Below, one piece after another: positions 62,801-64,000 of a DNA stretch of 64,000 nucleotides. Made by a program: the position numbers and the translations under genes. How positions within the stretch are numbered: position 1 is the stretch's first letter; each line of letters starts with the position of its first letter. The notes below the pieces were generated by a model, which had not been told where the DNA came from, searched no databases, and was given only the letters and a program-made list of their open reading frames with translations. This DNA comes from Lentisphaerae bacterium GWF2_57_35 (lineage in GTDB: Bacteria > Verrucomicrobiota > Kiritimatiellia > CAIQIC01 > GWF2-57-35): the NCBI GenBank assembly GCA_001804865.1, contig MHBK01000045.1, forward strand, positions 43,946-107,945. The letters run 5' to 3'.

Positions 62801-64000
62801 CGTACACCTTCAGGTCGGTTCGCGACCGGAAGGCCGATTCCAAAAACTCGGCGGCGCGGACGTGATACCGCGTCCGTTCGTCCGGGCTTAAGCGCCCATA
62901 AAACGCTTCGCGCACCCGATCGTGAACGAACTGCATGCGTCCATGATCCACCGGGTCTCTCGTGAGCAGCCGGCTATTGATCGCTTCGTCCAAGATCGGC
63001 AACAGCTCGTCCGGCGATTTCCCGGCGCAAGCGGCCAGCTGCTGGAGGTCGACATCCTTGCCGACGATCGCGGCGCAGGAAAGAACCGACAGGGAATTTT
63101 CGGGCAGCCCGTCCATATGACGAAGAATGATGTCCATCACCTGGATGGGAATATCCGCCCGCTCCAAAAGCGCCGCGTCACACACGTAACGGCCGTCCGC
63201 CCGATGAATCACCCCCTGGTCAAACAGGATTTTCAGCGCTTCCAACACACAAAACGGATTGCCTCCGATGCGCTCCATCAAGTGGGCGGACAGGAGCCGG
63301 GAGGCGGAGTCGTTCAGATGAAACACCTGCGCCACCAGCTCGGTTACGGCCTCCCGATCCAGATCGGACAGCGCGATGTACAGACAGGACTCTTCCGCCT
63401 CCTGCTCCAGCTGGCCGGCCATTTCCCGGAGGCGGTGCTCGGCCGGCACTTCGTTGCTTCGAAACGTCGCCAAGATCGTCAAGGAGGCCTGGTTCAGTTG
63501 CGGGGCCACGCGCTCCAACAAATCAAGGGTCACATCGTCGGCCCACTGCAAGTCGTCCAAATGAATCACCACGGGCCGGGAGGGCGTGCCCAGCGCCAGC
63601 AAAAATTCGGACAGGGTGACGAGGAAACGAAGCCGTTGTTTTTCCGGCTCCAATTCCACCATCGGCGGCGGCAAGCCGACCAGCTCGCCCACGGCGGGGC
63701 AGAGGTTAAAAAGCACTTCCGCGCGTTCGCCCAAAACGGTCTTCATGCGTTGCGCATGAGCACCCCGCTCGGAATCGCCGAAGCGCTTCACCTTCTCGAC
63801 ATACGACTCGATCGCGGCCACAAGCGCTTTGCAGGTTGTCTGCGAGGCAAATGGTTCGCATTTGCCGGAGAGATAGAGTCCGTGCATCCCGTACACGTCT
63901 TCCCGCAATTCGTCGGCCAGCCGCGATTTCCCCCCTCCCGGGTCGCTTTCAATGAAACAGATCATTCCCTGCCCCGCGCCCAGCTTCTTCAACCGACCGC
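59835..64000 (-). CDS. STAND (AAA_16-type) NTPase - TPR - GAF - PP2C (SpoIIE) Ser/Thr phosphatase, 5'-truncated by the window edge
   Basis: P-loop ESDPGGGKSRLADEL and Walker B VVIHLDDLQWADDVTL, a long helical/TPR-like middle, and a C-terminal PP2C core (GGDYYDFIE...IGDVSGKGVGAGLAMAM...LYTDGVTE). The reading frame is open upstream of TTG 63992 to the window end, and only 15 aa precede the P-loop. Confidence 0.85.
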   Translation of the reverse strand, partial: GRLKKLGAGQGMICFIESDPGGGKSRLADELREDVYGMHGLYLSGKCEPFASQTTCKALVAAIESYVEKVKRFGDSERGAHAQRMKTVLGERAEVLFNLCPAVGELVGLPPPMVELEPEKQRLRFLVTLSEFLLALGTPSRPVVIHLDDLQWADDVTLDLLERVAPQLNQASLTILATFRSNEVPAEHRLREMAGQLEQEAEESCLYIALSDLDREAVTELVAQVFHLNDSASRLLSAHLMERIGGNPFCVLEALKILFDQGVIHRADGRYVCDAALLERADIPIQVMDIILRHMDGLPENSLSVLSCAAIVGKDVDLQQLAACAGKSPDELLPILDEAINSRLLTRDPVDHGRMQFVHDRVREAFYGRLSPDERTRYHVRAAEFLESAFRSRTDLKVYELAYHYFHGGVKDKALKYSLAAALKAKKTFSHAMAKRFYETALALLEEQDLGHAPEYVDSLEALGETYWLSGQYDKAVDTFEKCEQLVGERDVLRRVRIISKKADALHELGSTQESLEATVYGLGLLRVRMPRHPALVKLFTLKEFAVQLVHIWFSRWLLCTRPCTDLRDLSILRLLIRISYISYFIDVKTTFWSFLKAVNYAERKGVCMELVELYIGGGTVWSTVPVLALARRSLERGLNVARQIGYRVQEAGYHAYYSVVHEVGNRPVEGLQHAEQAARLVRELGDWWYYGVAVSTGCHLRLLMGQLRKAEEECETLLRYAQDMKMRYIYGWMLLDKIHIAAFLGKGWDELFAQREEFFSVFRETQQYSSVGSAWAHLGWMRSLRGEHREAAAYIEKAFEVFPGLDAQTWTLWAYPMGAQVYLNAIRAGDTPERLLQYRRRARWFCRQSWRLAKKFRYIQGWAYQVNGAWLWIHGRHGRARALWQRGVRYLEEQTRDLYRLAQIRMEEGGLRLERQPDDRAAYEYLLEARDLFERCETPYFREQAETLLDRFRPEGGVVEPNLVLTQKRYLESLLSSMQAIGSVFNLEELLNRMVCFAREATGAERGFVLLREGADGPCRLRVAEGLTEDLQNRAFSYEEYGMSLGLVDSVQWSCDGQMEQAASDSAIGRELSAAHIKQALCVPLLVREKMLGVLYLDTAMSYDVFTAGDMGLMKAFGIQAAVAIENVQLVKDLLEQDRIKRELQIGRDIQTCLLPKATPAVKGLKVCGLMQPAKEIGGDYYDFIERTRDGRAYLGVAIGDVSGKGVGAGLAMAMVKTAIASYAQEGLALMDILAKANRVMFRSTRGSLFVSAVYLEWAPEERLMRFCGAGHEHVLIYRAATGRVEAIPSGGIVLGIRPEIGEFLSEKTFEMACGDKVVLYTDGVTEAFNLHQEEYGFERFQKAVARCAPCPVEELPGLLRAEVSGFAGECEQNDDITLVAMECVP

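Overview
This 64-kb window is a high-GC (~58-62%), gene-dense bacterial chromosomal segment. I found no rRNA, tRNA, CRISPR array or transposase. About 55% of the window is three giant secreted multidomain surface proteins: 1224-8078 (+, ~2285 aa), 20938-39957 (-, up to 6339 aa) and 40317-49148 (-, 2943 aa). They are built from a DUF11 domain, FG-GAP/VCBS repeats, two tandem legumain-like (caspase-fold) domains, a PPC domain, autotransporter-associated beta-strand (PATR) repeats, CBM-like beta-sandwiches, roughly ten cadherin-like modules (DxDxDR ... DDDxxxP), FN3-like domains, a clan GH-A glycoside hydrolase, beta-propeller repeat blocks and IPT/TIG domains. Two of the three share a distinctive C-terminal module. 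The two largest genes lie between moaA and a moeA-moaC-mobA-moaD-moaE operon and are bounded by a terminator hairpin. Other genes: ychF, DUF2293, DUF2851, DUF362, a Zn-ribbon protein, a DUF4339-RDD membrane protein coupled by a GTGA overlap to a metallophosphoesterase, a YfcH-like epimerase, and a small glycan-utilisation-like cluster (Thr/Pro-rich lipoprotein, two tandem CBM-like paralogs, a GH-A glycosidase). A dispersed partner-switching regulatory set is also present: a Cache-PP2C sensor phosphatase, an RsbW-like kinase, a sigma-70/ECF factor co-operonic with a STAS protein that carries an anti-sigma-like N-terminal extension, and a STAND ATPase-TPR-GAF-PP2C phosphatase of more than 1385 aa cut by the window edge. 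Non-genic highlights are a ~125-bp near-identical structured repeat in two distant divergent promoter regions, a degenerate copy of the 3' end of the 19-kb gene lying just upstream of that gene's own start, kb-scale internal tandem duplications inside the giant genes, an (NTAATC)x5 hexamer array, and recurrent ATGCAT-type palindromes upstream of regulator genes. Taxonomic guess (inference only): a PVC-superphylum-like bacterium (Verrucomicrobia, Lentisphaerae, Kiritimatiellae or Planctomycetes).
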